In this document: piece after piece, positions 10,819-20,838 of the stretch
How the letters are laid out: every line of letters begins with the position of its first letter
Numbering within the stretch: the first letter of the stretch is position 1
Origin: an uncultured Acidobacteriota bacterium
GTDB lineage: Bacteria > Acidobacteriota > Thermoanaerobaculia > Gp7-AA8
Assembly: GCA_963741955.1 (NCBI GenBank)
Contig: CAVUKB010000005.1
Coordinates: 192,001 to 256,000 of the forward strand
Direction of reading: 5' to 3'
DNA length: 64,000 nt
Notes under the pieces: model-generated
Databases searched by the model: none
The model's input: only the letters and a program-made list of their open reading frames with translations
What the model was told of the DNA's origin: nothing
Position numbers and translations under genes: made by a program

Positions 10819-12105
10819 ATGAAGTCCGAGTCACGACCGCACGTCGTCATCATCGGCGGAGGATTCGCCGGTCTGTACGCAGCGCGTACGCTGAAGAAGG
10901 CGCCGGTGCGCATCACACTGCTCGACCGGCGCAACCACCACCTCTTCCAGCCACTCCTCTACCAGGTCGCCACCGCCGCACTGAACCCGAGCGACATCGC
11001 CGCTCCGATCCGCGGCATTCTCCACCGGCAGAAGAACGCGAGCGTGATCATGGCCGACGTTCGTTCAGTCGACGTCGTCCGTCGGAAGGTCGTCCTCGAA
11101 GAGGGTGAAGTCGGCTTCGATTACCTCATCGTCGCGACCGGAGCGACACACTCCTACTTCGGACACGACGAGTGGGCCACGCTCGCTCCCGGACTCAAGA
11201 CGATCGAAGATGCGCTCGAGATCCGCCGACGGATCCTTCTCGCGTTCGAAGCGGCGGAGCGTGCGGCGTCCGCCGAGGAGCGGAAGACGTGGTTGACGTT
11301 CGTGGTGGTGGGGGCGGGGCCGACCGGGGTGGAGCTCGCAGGTGCGCTCACCGAGATCGCGCGCCATACCCTCGCCCGCGACTTCCGCCATTTCGATCCG
11401 CACGACGCCCGAGTGATTCTCGTCGAAGGTCTCCCTCACGTGCTGCAGACCTACCCCGAATCGCTCTCGGAGAAGGCGCGGAGACAGCTCGAGGATCTCG
11501 GCGTCGAAGTTCTCACCGGCGCGCGCGTCACGTCGATCGACGCCGGGGGCGTCTCGCTCGACGAGAAGCGCATCTCCGCCCGGACCGTCCTCTGGGCCGC
11601 CGGCGTCACGGCCTCCCCTCTCGGCAGATCCCTCGGCGCACCGCTCGACCGCGCCGGACGGGTCGAGGTCAATCCGGACCTTTCCATTCCCGGATCGGAC
11701 GTGGTCTTCGTCGCCGGCGACCTCGCCGCGCTGCGTGAGAGCGGAAAGGCCGTCCCCGGCGTCGCTCCCGCCGCGATCCAGGAAGGAAAGCACGCCGCGG
11801 AGAACATCGAGAGAATGGTGCGAGGAAAACGCACCCGGCCGTTCCACTACTTCGACAAGGGATCGCTCGCGACGATCGGAAGGGCAGCCGCGGTGGCGGA
11901 CATCGGGCCGCTGAAGTTGAGCGGCTTCATCGCCTGGATGGCATGGCTCGTGATCCACATTTTCTTTCTGATCGGGTTTCGCAATCGTTTCTTCGTCATC
12001 GTACAGTGGGCGTGGGCCTACCTGACCTTTCAGCGCGGCGCGCGCCTGATCACCGGAAGCGTGGACGAGGCGCTCCGCACTCAACCGCCTTATGTTGATC
12101 GCTGA
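10819..12105 (+). CDS. ndh: Type II NADH dehydrogenase family FAD oxidoreductase
   Basis: GGGFAG, FQPLLYQVAT, GAGPTGVELAG, WAAGV, AGD. Confidence 0.9.
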   Translation: MKSESRPHVVIIGGGFAGLYAARTLKKAPVRITLLDRRNHHLFQPLLYQVATAALNPSDIAAPIRGILHRQKNASVIMADVRSVDVVRRKVVLEEGEVGFDYLIVATGATHSYFGHDEWATLAPGLKTIEDALEIRRRILLAFEAAERAASAEERKTWLTFVVVGAGPTGVELAGALTEIARHTLARDFRHFDPHDARVILVEGLPHVLQTYPESLSEKARRQLEDLGVEVLTGARVTSIDAGGVSLDEKRISARTVLWAAGVTASPLGRSLGAPLDRAGRVEVNPDLSIPGSDVVFVAGDLAALRESGKAVPGVAPAAIQEGKHAAENIERMVRGKRTRPFHYFDKGSLATIGRAAAVADIGPLKLSGFIAWMAWLVIHIFFLIGFRNRFFVIVQWAWAYLTFQRGARLITGSVDEALRTQPPYVDR

Positions 12106-12132
12106 CGGATCGGGAGCTCAGGAGAAACTTCG

Positions 12133-12669
12133 ATGCATCCATGGCACGACGTGAAACTCGGCGAGAACGCACCGAACCTCATTCCGGTGGTGATCGAAGT
12201 CCCGAAGGGATCGAAGAACAAGTACGAGCTCGACAAGCCGAGCGGTCTTCTTCGAGTGGACCGCGTCCTCTTCAGCTCCGTCCATTACCCGGCGAACTAC
12301 GGCTTCATCCCTCAGACCTATTGCGAAGATCACGATCCGCTGGACGTTCTCGTGCTCGGTCAGGAGTCGGTCGTGCCGCTGACGATCATGATGGCGAAGC
12401 CGATCGGGGTGATGAAGATGACCGACCAGGGAGAGGCGGACGACAAGATCATCGCAGTGCACGCGAACGATCCGGAGTACGTCCACTACGATTCGATCTA
12501 CCAGCTCCCTCCGCACCGGATGACCGAGCTCGGTCGCTTCTTCCAGGACTACAAACTGCTGGAGAACAAGACGGTGGTGATCGAGAACTTCCTCGATCGC
12601 GACGAAGCACTCGAGATCATCCGCGCCGCGATCCGCCTCTACTCCGACAACCGCGACATGCTCCGCTGA
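12133..12669 (+). CDS. ppa: Inorganic pyrophosphatase
   Basis: [29 protein letters not shown]. Confidence 0.96.
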   Translation: MHPWHDVKLGENAPNLIPVVIEVPKGSKNKYELDKPSGLLRVDRVLFSSVHYPANYGFIPQTYCEDHDPLDVLVLGQESVVPLTIMMAKPIGVMKMTDQGEADDKIIAVHANDPEYVHYDSIYQLPPHRMTELGRFFQDYKLLENKTVVIENFLDRDEALEIIRAAIRLYSDNRDMLR

Positions 12670-12826
12670 CTGCCAGGATAAGTTGCCACCGAGTCGAATA
12701 GGTGTCGGTCTTCCATCTTCGTGACGAAAAGCTGGCCAGGCTCCTATGGATCATGAAGCCCGCCTCCCCCTGAAGTTCGCGACCTCGGGAGATCGAGAAA
12801 GGGCCGAGGGGACTGCCTTGTCTTCC

Positions 12827-12990
12827 GATCCTCGATCCTCGATGCTTCAGATCCTCGATCCTCGATCCCAGATCCTCGATCCTCGATCCCAGATCCTCGA
12901 TCCCAGATCCTCGATGCCTTCCGATCCTCGATCCTCGATCTCAGATCCTCGATGCCTTCCGATCCTCGATCCTCGATCTCAGATCCTAGA
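12827..12990. repeat. Heptamer tandem repeat (GATCCTC/GATCCCA)n, roughly 22 imperfect units
   Basis: Directly visible; lies between convergent genes. Confidence 0.92.
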
Positions 12991-12995
12991 TGTCT

Positions 12996-13559
12996 CTAAA
13001 TGTCTCTCGCCGCCCGCTCGCCTTCTTTCCACGGACGATCGGTGATCAGTTCGGGGTGTTGGAGGCGGAAGCTTTCTGCGACGTGGCAGGTCCAGCAGAC
13101 CGGCTCGTGCGTTCGTAGGATGTCGGGGATCTGTTCGGGTGCGACCTCGTGCCAGCGAACGGTCACACCTTCCGGAGAGCGGAGCGCGGGCTTGTGGTCG
13201 TGCCAGTGCGCGGCGTCGATCGGACGGCTGCAGTAGACGCAGATCGCCCCCTCGTACCATTTGCGGATGATGTTCACCAGAGCGCAGTCGTCCGGGGACG
13301 TCTCGATCTGCGCGAGACACTCCTGTCCGCAGTTCGCACGCTCCGGCCAGCGGTTGCACACCACCAGGCGCATCTGCACGTCACCGGTCGCCTTGGTCAG
13401 GGCGGCGTCGAGGGCATCGAGCTGCACTGCGGCAGTCTGGTGCGTTTCGGGACAGGTGACCAGCCGCGTTCCCCGGAAGCGGCGGTAGTCGAGGAACAGC
13501 AGCAGCGCGATCACGGCGACCACAGCTGAAAGAACGAAGGCGATCGTTTCGGCGAACAT
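12996..13559 (-). CDS. Cys-rich membrane-anchored hypothetical protein
   Basis: GGAGG RBS before ATG 13559; N-terminal TM segment; CPET, CNRWP, CGQEC, CVYC, CWTCH. Confidence 0.75.
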   Translation of the reverse strand: MFAETIAFVLSAVVAVIALLLFLDYRRFRGTRLVTCPETHQTAAVQLDALDAALTKATGDVQMRLVVCNRWPERANCGQECLAQIETSPDDCALVNIIRKWYEGAICVYCSRPIDAAHWHDHKPALRSPEGVTVRWHEVAPEQIPDILRTHEPVCWTCHVAESFRLQHPELITDRPWKEGERAARDI

Positions 13560-13666
13560 CGGCACCTCCCCAGGAAAACCGCGGCGACGGATCGCGTGGA
13601 TGATCCATGCGATCTGCACCGTGATTCGAATGTAGGGCCCCCCTGCCGGACGGACTATGACGTTCG

Positions 13667-14359
13667 TCACTGCGAGGTGTGCTGGCCGGAACAGAGAGGC
13701 AGAAGGCGGGACAACTCCCGAAGCAGTAGAAACATCCCGAACATCACCAGCTCCGCTCCGACGATGTAGAACGGCCACGGTCCGAACCAGTCGAGGAGGG
13801 ACGGTTCGACCGGCTTCGCGCGGAGGTAAAGGAAGTTCATTCCGGTGGCGACGTCGACCGTCGCGACGACGCACGCGTACGCATTCGTGGCGATCACGGC
13901 CCGGAGGACCGCACCCGGTGCGGGCCGGTCGCCGAGGCCGAACACGAGCACCGCAGCTGAAACGACGACCGCGCCGTGGAGCACGAAGAATGTCACCGTG
14001 CGCCAGCGGAGGAAGCCGCCGGCGACGTCCGGCATCAGGATCGCGAGGAGTGTCCCCGAGCCCGCCCAGAAGTAGAGGAGCTCGACCGCGGGACGCCATC
14101 GGGTCAGGAGGGCGAAGATCGCCAGGAAGAGTGCGAAATCGCAGAGCTGGAGCGGGATGAAATCCCACCGGGTCAACTCCCCCGCCCGAAACGAGAGCAC
14201 CCAGTAGGCCACGACTGCGCACGCTACCGCCGCGGCGAGCGCGACGCGGACTCCCTTCGACATTTCAGGGTGTCTTCGTACGATCCACGTCATCCCCGAT
14301 GCCGCGACGACGATCGTCCCGATCGCGATCAGATGCGCCGTATGGAAACGGAGGAACAT
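13667..14359 (-). CDS. YwaF/TIGR02206 family membrane protein
   Basis: PLQLC, FFVLH, NFLYLRAKP, SLLDWFGPWPFY. Confidence 0.85.
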   Translation of the reverse strand: MFLRFHTAHLIAIGTIVVAASGMTWIVRRHPEMSKGVRVALAAAVACAVVAYWVLSFRAGELTRWDFIPLQLCDFALFLAIFALLTRWRPAVELLYFWAGSGTLLAILMPDVAGGFLRWRTVTFFVLHGAVVVSAAVLVFGLGDRPAPGAVLRAVIATNAYACVVATVDVATGMNFLYLRAKPVEPSLLDWFGPWPFYIVGAELVMFGMFLLLRELSRLLPLCSGQHTSQ

Positions 14360-14480
14360 GCAGAGGAAGGATGGAACGGTTCAGGAGCGGGCGCAAATGC
14401 CCCAGCGGAAATGCGTGACGAGAGACGACGAGTGCGCGACGGCCGTCACGCGCATGCAGAGATGGCAGTGGTTCGCCCCT

Positions 14481-14945
14481 TCATGGCTTTCCCAGCTTCC
14501 GCACGATGTCGAACTCCTTCTTCGTCACCGGCTGGATGGAGAGGCGTGAGCCCTTCTTCAGCACCACCATATCCTCGAGTCCCTGCGTCACGCGCAGTTC
14601 CTCGAGTGAGATGACCCGCGGGAACTTCTCCACGAAGCCGATGTCGACCATCACCCAGATCGGGGTCTCCTTCGTGCTCTTCGGGTCGAAGTAGATGTGT
14701 CCCTTCTTCGTCGCGAAGGCGTCCGGATACGCCTCCCGAACCACCAAGGCGGTCCCCGTGACGCCGGAGGGCTCCGCATTCGAAGCGTAGAAGAGGACTC
14801 CGTCGCCCTTCTTCATGTCGTCGCGCATGAAATTGCGGGCCTGATAGTTCCGGACTCCCTCCCAGCTCGTGGTCCCGTCGCGCTCCAGATCGTCGATCGA
14901 GTACGCCGCGGGCTCGCACTTCATCAGCCAGTACTTTTTCGCCAT
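14481..14945 (-). CDS. EVE domain protein
   Basis: YWLMKCEP, WEGVRNYQARN, FYAS, SRLSIQPV. Confidence 0.93.
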   Translation of the reverse strand: MAKKYWLMKCEPAAYSIDDLERDGTTSWEGVRNYQARNFMRDDMKKGDGVLFYASNAEPSGVTGTALVVREAYPDAFATKKGHIYFDPKSTKETPIWVMVDIGFVEKFPRVISLEELRVTQGLEDMVVLKKGSRLSIQPVTKKEFDIVRKLGKP

Positions 14946-15083
14946 TCAACTCCCCCTGATCAAAATGTACTGCGCGCGAGAAGAACCGACGACGGGATGC
15001 CATCTTCTGAATTCGACTTCGAGCCGGCGCTCGCCGTTCGAAATCATTTTCCTGGTGGCCCCACCCGCGATAAAGTTCGCGAC

Positions 15084-15320
15084 ATGAACTGGGGACCGAT
15101 CGGACGTGCTCTCGACGCAATACCCTACTGGATGATTCTATGGGTCGCGTTCGTCCTCGCCATCATGCCCATCGGTCAGCCGCACCTGATCGAGAAGATC
15201 CGGATGCTCGTGCATGGGACGCTGCATCGTCCTCTCGACTGGTTCGACCTCTTCCTTCACGGCTTCCCGCTGCTGATCCTTCTCGTCAAGATCATCTACG
15301 ATCTCGCGCGCCGTTCGTGA
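15084..15320 (+). CDS. Small two-TM membrane protein
   Basis: PHLIEKIRML...PLDWFDLFLHG between two hydrophobic stretches; TAAAGT box 7 nt before ATG. Confidence 0.7.
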   Translation: MNWGPIGRALDAIPYWMILWVAFVLAIMPIGQPHLIEKIRMLVHGTLHRPLDWFDLFLHGFPLLILLVKIIYDLARRS

Positions 15321-15373
15321 GTCGAAGGCCTGCCGAGCACGCAGCTCCGGCACGCCGACGGTCATTCTCCACT

Positions 15374-15622
15374 TTACTGCGCCTCCTCGGCGGCATTGAT
15401 CTCTTTGACCCGTTCGTTCTCCTGTTTCTGCAGCTCCTCCGCTTTCTCCCTCGCGCGCAGCCCGGCCTTCCCCGCCTTCGTGGCCATACTGTCGTCCGGC
15501 TTCTCCTGCAGCGCCTGGCTCTTCTCCGTCGCCGAGGCGGCGTGAGGCTTCGTCGCCCCGTTTCCGCATCCGACGAGGGCGAGGCCCGCGACGATCATCA
15601 GTGCCATTGCTCTCTGCTTCAT
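15374..15622 (-). CDS. Small lipoprotein
   Basis: MKQR...LALVGC lipobox; GAGG RBS. Confidence 0.7.
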   Translation of the reverse strand: MKQRAMALMIVAGLALVGCGNGATKPHAASATEKSQALQEKPDDSMATKAGKAGLRAREKAEELQKQENERVKEINAAEEAQ

Positions 15623-15877
15623 CAACCCTCCTCGCGCCTTACCAGATGGACCGACACGAGACCCCCCCCGCATCGATCGCGGCCATCCTCTCATCCTCGA
15701 TGCCTTTCAGATCCCAAGAGTCTGCGCGGTAGAAACTGTCCTACTGCGAAAGCGGATCGGCGGTCCAAATCCGAACGAATTTGGCCTCGCTGCTCCGCTT
15801 TCTCGCTACGGACGTTTCTGCCGCGCAGACTCCTAGATCCTCGATCCTAGATACTAGATACTAGATGCTTTTAAGCT

Positions 15878-18613
15878 TCATTTGATCGTCGCCATCCACA
15901 CGTCTCCTTCCATGCTGGCGGCGACGTAGTAGATCGACGTACCGTCGGAGGAGACCTGCGGGTCGAGAACATCGGCATGTCGGGTGTCGAAGATCTCCTT
16001 CTCCTCCTTCGTCAGGCGATCCAGGAGAAACATTTTCGTCCCGTCCGCGAAGATCAGATGACGTCCATCCGGGAGAAAGCGCGCGCGACCGCGGTAGCCA
16101 CCGGCGTGATCGGTCAGCTTCTCGTAGCTCCGTTTCGCGATCGAGTAGATCCAGAGTCCCGGTTCCGGTTCCGATCCCTTCAGTACCGATCCGACCAGGA
16201 GGGTTCCATCCGGAGACCAGTCGTTCGCCTGGAATCGCAGGCCCGCGGGCATGGGCGAAAGCCTCTCTCTCTGCGCGTGTGGCGTTCCGGCGAGCGCGAA
16301 GAGGAACGGATCGCCGTCGGCGCTCGCGGCAAGCCGCTTTCCGTCCGGAGAGACGACCGGCGAGAGAATGTCGGGCGAGGTGAAATTCGAGACGGCGCTG
16401 AGGTCGCTCCCGTCCGGGTGGACCGACCAGAGGTTGTAGCTTCCGCCGCGATCTGAGTAGAAGACGATCTCCTTCCCGTCCGGCGTCCACCGCGGACCGC
16501 GCTCTTTCGACGCGTCGTCGGTGAGTTTCCGCAGGCCGCTGCCATCGGTGTGGACCACCCAGAGGTCCTCCGGCGAATCGACGCTGCGCATCGCCACCAT
16601 GTCTCCGGCGGGGGAGAGGCTCTCGTCGATGAACCGCATCGCTCCGGCCGTCACCGGCGCCGGCGGTCCGTGCGCAGTGAGCGTCGCCACGTCGAACCCG
16701 ATCTTCTGGACGTCGGTGTGAGCGGCGAATGTCGTGTACGCGAGCTCCGGAGCGTGCAGAGCCGTCGACAGATCGCCGCTCCATTGCGACGGCGTGGTCA
16801 GCGGACGCAAAGCACCTTCGGGTTTGCCGCTCGACTCGTCGATCGCGACCGCCCATACGTTCATGCTTCCTCCGCGATCGCTCGCGAAGTAGAGAGTCGT
16901 TCCGTCAGGCGACCAGACCGGACTCCAGTCCATTGGTGAATCGTCGGTGACTTTCACCGCTTCGCCTCCGCCCGCCGGAATCGTCGCCACGTCGCGCTGC
17001 CCGCTCCCATCCTCCGGCAGGGCCCAGAACGCGATCCGTGTACCGTGCGGAGACCAGGCCGGTCGAACTGCATCGCCGTCGTAGATCTTCTTCTTCGTGC
17101 CGCTCGCCACGTCGACAATCCAGAGAGCGCTCTTCGCCACCCTGCTGCTCGGATCGTGGCCCGACTCCGTGCCGACGACCAGAGACTTCCCGTCCGGCGA
17201 CCACGACGGGTTGTATCCGAAGTCGGTCAGCCGGTGCACCGACTCGCCGGTGGCTCCCATCACGAAGATGCCTCCTCCGCCGCGCTCGGAGCGAAACGCA
17301 ATCTGCTGCCCGTCCGGAGAGAATGCAGCCTGGTAGTCGTCGTCCGGCGAGCTCGGCGTCAGGTCGATCGCATTGCTTCCTCCGACCCGCTGCAGATAGA
17401 CGTCGCTGTTCTCGATCGAAGGGTTCGGCCGGGCAGTGAACGCGATGTACTTCCCGTCCGGAGAGAGAGACGGTTCGGATTCGACGTCCACTCCGCTGGT
17501 CAGCCGTGCGAATGTCGCCGACAGCGGCGCGCTGCTCCGGGAGTTGGCGTGACGCATCACGTACCACGCGACGAGCGCTCCGATCCCCAGCAGTGCCACC
17601 GCCGAGACTACCGCCAGCGCGCTGCGCTTCTTCTGCGGCGAGATCATCGCCCGGATCCCCGAGTCCGAACCTCGTGAGGGCGACGAGATCGAGAGCTGAT
17701 CGAACTCCGCCTCGATGTCGTGCAGCGCCAGAGAGAGATCCTTCATCGATTGGTATCGCTTCTCCGGATCTTTCTCCAGGCATCGCCGGATGATCCTCCG
17801 AAGCTCGGTCGGCACATCGGGGTTCAGCTCCGTCACTGGAGTCGGCGGCACGTTCAGGATCCGGTGCAGGGTCTCGATGTCGCTGGACGCGTTGAACGCC
17901 TGATGGCGCGTCGCCGCCTCGTACAGCATGCAGCCGAACGCGAAGATGTCCGACCGCTCGTCGACCGGCTTCCCCTGCACCTGTTCGGGCGACATGTAGC
18001 CGACCGTTCCGACGATCGCCCCTTCCCGCGTCTGTCCGACCACCGTCGTCGCATCACCACGAACCCCGAGCGCATCCGCGCGCTCGGTCAGCTTCGCCAG
18101 TCCGAAGTCGAGAATCTTCGCGAACCCGTCGCGGGTGATCATCACGTTCTCCGGCTTCAGATCGCGATGGATGATCCCCGCTGCATGCGCTTTCGCCATA
18201 CCGTCGGCGACCTGTGCCAGCCAGCCCACGAGATCCCGAAGAGGCGTCCGCTCTCGGTGGATCTTCTCCTTGAGCGTCACACCACGCACCAGTTCCATGG
18301 CGATGAAGTGCAGCTGCGAGATCGGAGTGGCGAACTCGCCCGTCCCCTCCACGGAGGGTGGCTCGGCCTCGCCTATGTCGTAGATGTGGACGATGTTCGG
18401 ATGATTCAGCCCGGATGCGGAGCGCGCCTCCTGGATGAACCGGCGCACCCGGCCCTGGTCGGCGACGAGGGAAGGAGGAAGAATCTTGATCGCGACGGAG
18501 CGCTCGAGACGTTCGTCATGAGCCTCGTAGACTTCGCCCATTCCGCCCGCGCCGAGGGCGCCGACGATCGTGTAATGCGCGACGGGAAAACCTCGCTCGA
18601 GCGTGACGGGCAT
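15878..18613 (-). CDS. Ser/Thr protein kinase with TM helix and TolB-like (PD40) beta-propeller
   Basis: GAGGMGEV, VAIK, HRDLKPEN, DFG, YMSPEQ; multiple WSPDG repeats. Confidence 0.95.
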   Translation of the reverse strand: MPVTLERGFPVAHYTIVGALGAGGMGEVYEAHDERLERSVAIKILPPSLVADQGRVRRFIQEARSASGLNHPNIVHIYDIGEAEPPSVEGTGEFATPISQLHFIAMELVRGVTLKEKIHRERTPLRDLVGWLAQVADGMAKAHAAGIIHRDLKPENVMITRDGFAKILDFGLAKLTERADALGVRGDATTVVGQTREGAIVGTVGYMSPEQVQGKPVDERSDIFAFGCMLYEAATRHQAFNASSDIETLHRILNVPPTPVTELNPDVPTELRRIIRRCLEKDPEKRYQSMKDLSLALHDIEAEFDQLSISSPSRGSDSGIRAMISPQKKRSALAVVSAVALLGIGALVAWYVMRHANSRSSAPLSATFARLTSGVDVESEPSLSPDGKYIAFTARPNPSIENSDVYLQRVGGSNAIDLTPSSPDDDYQAAFSPDGQQIAFRSERGGGGIFVMGATGESVHRLTDFGYNPSWSPDGKSLVVGTESGHDPSSRVAKSALWIVDVASGTKKKIYDGDAVRPAWSPHGTRIAFWALPEDGSGQRDVATIPAGGGEAVKVTDDSPMDWSPVWSPDGTTLYFASDRGGSMNVWAVAIDESSGKPEGALRPLTTPSQWSGDLSTALHAPELAYTTFAAHTDVQKIGFDVATLTAHGPPAPVTAGAMRFIDESLSPAGDMVAMRSVDSPEDLWVVHTDGSGLRKLTDDASKERGPRWTPDGKEIVFYSDRGGSYNLWSVHPDGSDLSAVSNFTSPDILSPVVSPDGKRLAASADGDPFLFALAGTPHAQRERLSPMPAGLRFQANDWSPDGTLLVGSVLKGSEPEPGLWIYSIAKRSYEKLTDHAGGYRGRARFLPDGRHLIFADGTKMFLLDRLTKEEKEIFDTRHADVLDPQVSSDGTSIYYVAASMEGDVWMATIK

Positions 18614-19376
18614 CGTAGACGTACTGCCGTGATCGTGAATTCCGGAGCTCTTTCGATTCTACCCGTCTTTGTCCGCGATCGCGAAAACGTGTCGACCCGG
18701 GCAGGTGCGCCTTCCGCGGAATACGGCAACAATGCGCCGCAACCCATCTCGGAGTTGACCTTCCAGGCTCCCGGAGTCCGCTCGACTGAGGGAGCCGGTC
18801 GAGCGCCGAAGTGATCCCGAGCAATTGGCGGAACGACCCAGAGAAGAGAGAGCCGTGGTCCGCACCTTAGAGCGTTCAGCCCTCCCGATGCCGGCCCTCC
18901 ACTTCTCTGCGTCGCTCTGTTGGACGGATCGGGGTCGGATTTTTCCCGGGCGGCCCGGCCTCAGTCGCTGCTGTCGAAGAGACGCAGCGAGGAAAGCGGC
19001 CTCTGAACGTGCTTTCGATGGAGTGAGACGCTCGCCGGGGGAATCTCCGGAACGGCCGCCTCGAGAATCTGGGACCCTCTCGTCACCGGTCGCTCGGGGA
19101 GAGTTGCCGGGAGAGAGCTGCAAGGGGCGGTCAAAGTCGCTGCACAGAAGATGCAGACCACGAACATCATCGTCGTCCCCGGTCTCGAGAACCTTCGTGC
19201 GAACTCTCCCCTCTTCCCGATTCCCGCCATCATCGGGTTGGACGGACGCAGGAGATGAATTTCGGAGGAGGGGCCGAGGATTTGCTGCCGACGGGCGACA
19301 GCCAACCGCGGCCGGTGGTCGTCCGTGCGTGTCGGTCGGGCGCGTTCGGCGGGATGCGTGAGCGAAGTGTGTCGCG

Positions 19377-19868
19377 TCAGGAGCCGAGCAGGCGCCGGCC
19401 GGACTCGAGATCGAGAAGCCAGCGCTTGATTGCGATGCCGCCGCCGAAGCCGGTGAGCGCACCGGTGGATCCGATCACGCGATGGCACGGGACGATGATC
19501 GGGATCGGGTTTGCGCCGTTCGCTGCGCCGACCGCGCGTGAGGCGGCGGGCCGGCCAATCTCCTGGGCGATCCATCCGTATGTTCGGGTCTCGCCGTAGG
19601 GAATGCGCCTCAGAGCGTTCCAGACGTCGAGCTGGAACGGGGTACCGTCCGGATCGAGCGGTACGGTGAAGCTCCGACGCTTCCCGCTGAGGTATTCGGT
19701 GAGCTCCGTCGCGGTCTTCTCGAGCGCGGCGGGGTCATGTCTCCATTCCGGATCGGGCTCGCTCCTCCTCCCCTTCTCGAATTCAATCCGAACCACTCCT
19801 TTCTCGCTCGTCGCGAGGAGGAGTGTGCCGATCGCGGTCGGGAGGTGGCAGTAGCGGATGGGGGTCAC
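19377..19868 (-). CDS. ogt: Methylated-DNA--protein-cysteine methyltransferase
   Basis: GTPFQ, IPYGETRTY, RAVGAANG, PCHRV active site; the ORF's N-terminal extension runs into repeats, so start set at GTG 19868. Confidence 0.94.
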   Translation of the reverse strand: MTPIRYCHLPTAIGTLLLATSEKGVVRIEFEKGRRSEPDPEWRHDPAALEKTATELTEYLSGKRRSFTVPLDPDGTPFQLDVWNALRRIPYGETRTYGWIAQEIGRPAASRAVGAANGANPIPIIVPCHRVIGSTGALTGFGGGIAIKRWLLDLESGRRLLGS

Positions 19869-19917
19869 AGGAGGATGATAGACGAGGATCGGGGATTGTG
19901 GATTGTGGATCCGTCGG

Positions 19918-20818
19918 GTGGGTCGGATGTCCCGTCCGATGCAGGCCCAGTGGGTTGGACGCCCCGTCCGATGCAGGCCCATGTGGGTTGGACGTCCCGT
20001 CCGATGCAGGCCCAGTGGGTTGGACGTCCCGTCCGATGCCCAGTGGGTTGGACGTCCCGTCCGATGCAGGGTGGCGTCCCGCGCCGCCCTGCCCACGGCA
20101 AGTTACGACGATCGTCCCGAAAGAAGAGAGTCACCAACTGATCGCCGCGCGAGAGGAACGATTCGCGTGGCGTTGACGCCGTCGCTCCCCGGCAGGATGC
20201 CGGGGAGCCTCGCGCGGGACGCGCGACCCACTTGCGCGCAATCCACATGTGGGTTGGACGTCCCGTCCGATGCAGGGCGGCGTCCCGCGCCGCCCTGTCC
20301 CGGGCAAGATACGACGATCGTCCCGAAAGAAGAGAGGCACGAACTGGCCGCAGGGCGAGAGGAGCGATCTGCGTTTCTTTGACGCCATCGCTCCCCGGCA
20401 GGATGCCGGGGAGCCTCGCGCGGGACGCGCGACCCACTTTCGCGCGACCCACATGTGGGTTGGACGTCCCGTCCGATGCCCAGTGGGTTGGACGTCCCGT
20501 CCGATGCCCAGTGGGTTGGACGTCCCGTCCGATGCCCAGTGGGTTGGACGTCCCGTCCGATGCAGGGAGGCGTCCCGCGCCACCCTGCCCACGGCAAGTT
20601 ACGACGATCGTCCCGAAAGAAGAGAGGCACGAACTGGCCGCAGGGCGAGAGGAACGATCCGCGTGGCGTTGACGCCGTCGCTCCCCGGCAGGATGCCGGG
20701 GAGCCTCGCGCGGGACGCGCGACCCACTTTCGCGCGACCCACTTTCGCGCAATCCACATGCGCGTGACCCACATGCGCGCGGCCCACTCGTGCCTAACCC
20801 ACTCCCGCGTGACCCCAC
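19918..20818. repeat. REP/REPIN-like mosaic: 10 copies of GTGGGTTGGACGTCCCGTCCGATGC, three of which start 189-bp cassettes (20043-20231, 20249-20437, 20539-20727)
   Basis: Direct repeats visible; cassettes bounded by GTGGGT...ACCCAC with internal hairpins. Confidence 0.92.
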
Positions 20819-20838
20819 TCCCCTTCCCTCCCTGACCC

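Noticed and set aside
13080-13100. CWTCH as a c-type heme site
   Set aside because: Probable cytoplasmic topology and pairing with CVYC favour a metal-finger site; left as uncertain.
15878-18613. Kinase-propeller fusion as a novel system
   Set aside because: This architecture is common in Acidobacteriota and related phyla.
18659-19361. Possible small gene in the kinase-ogt gap (e.g. 18961-19233, minus strand)
   Set aside because: It has one hydrophobic stretch but no recognisable motif or convincing RBS, so I cannot support it.
19823-20835. Many overlapping ORFs, and a CRISPR-like look, in the REP cluster
   Set aside because: The ORFs are translations of palindromic repeats, and the units are adjacent with no unique spacers.
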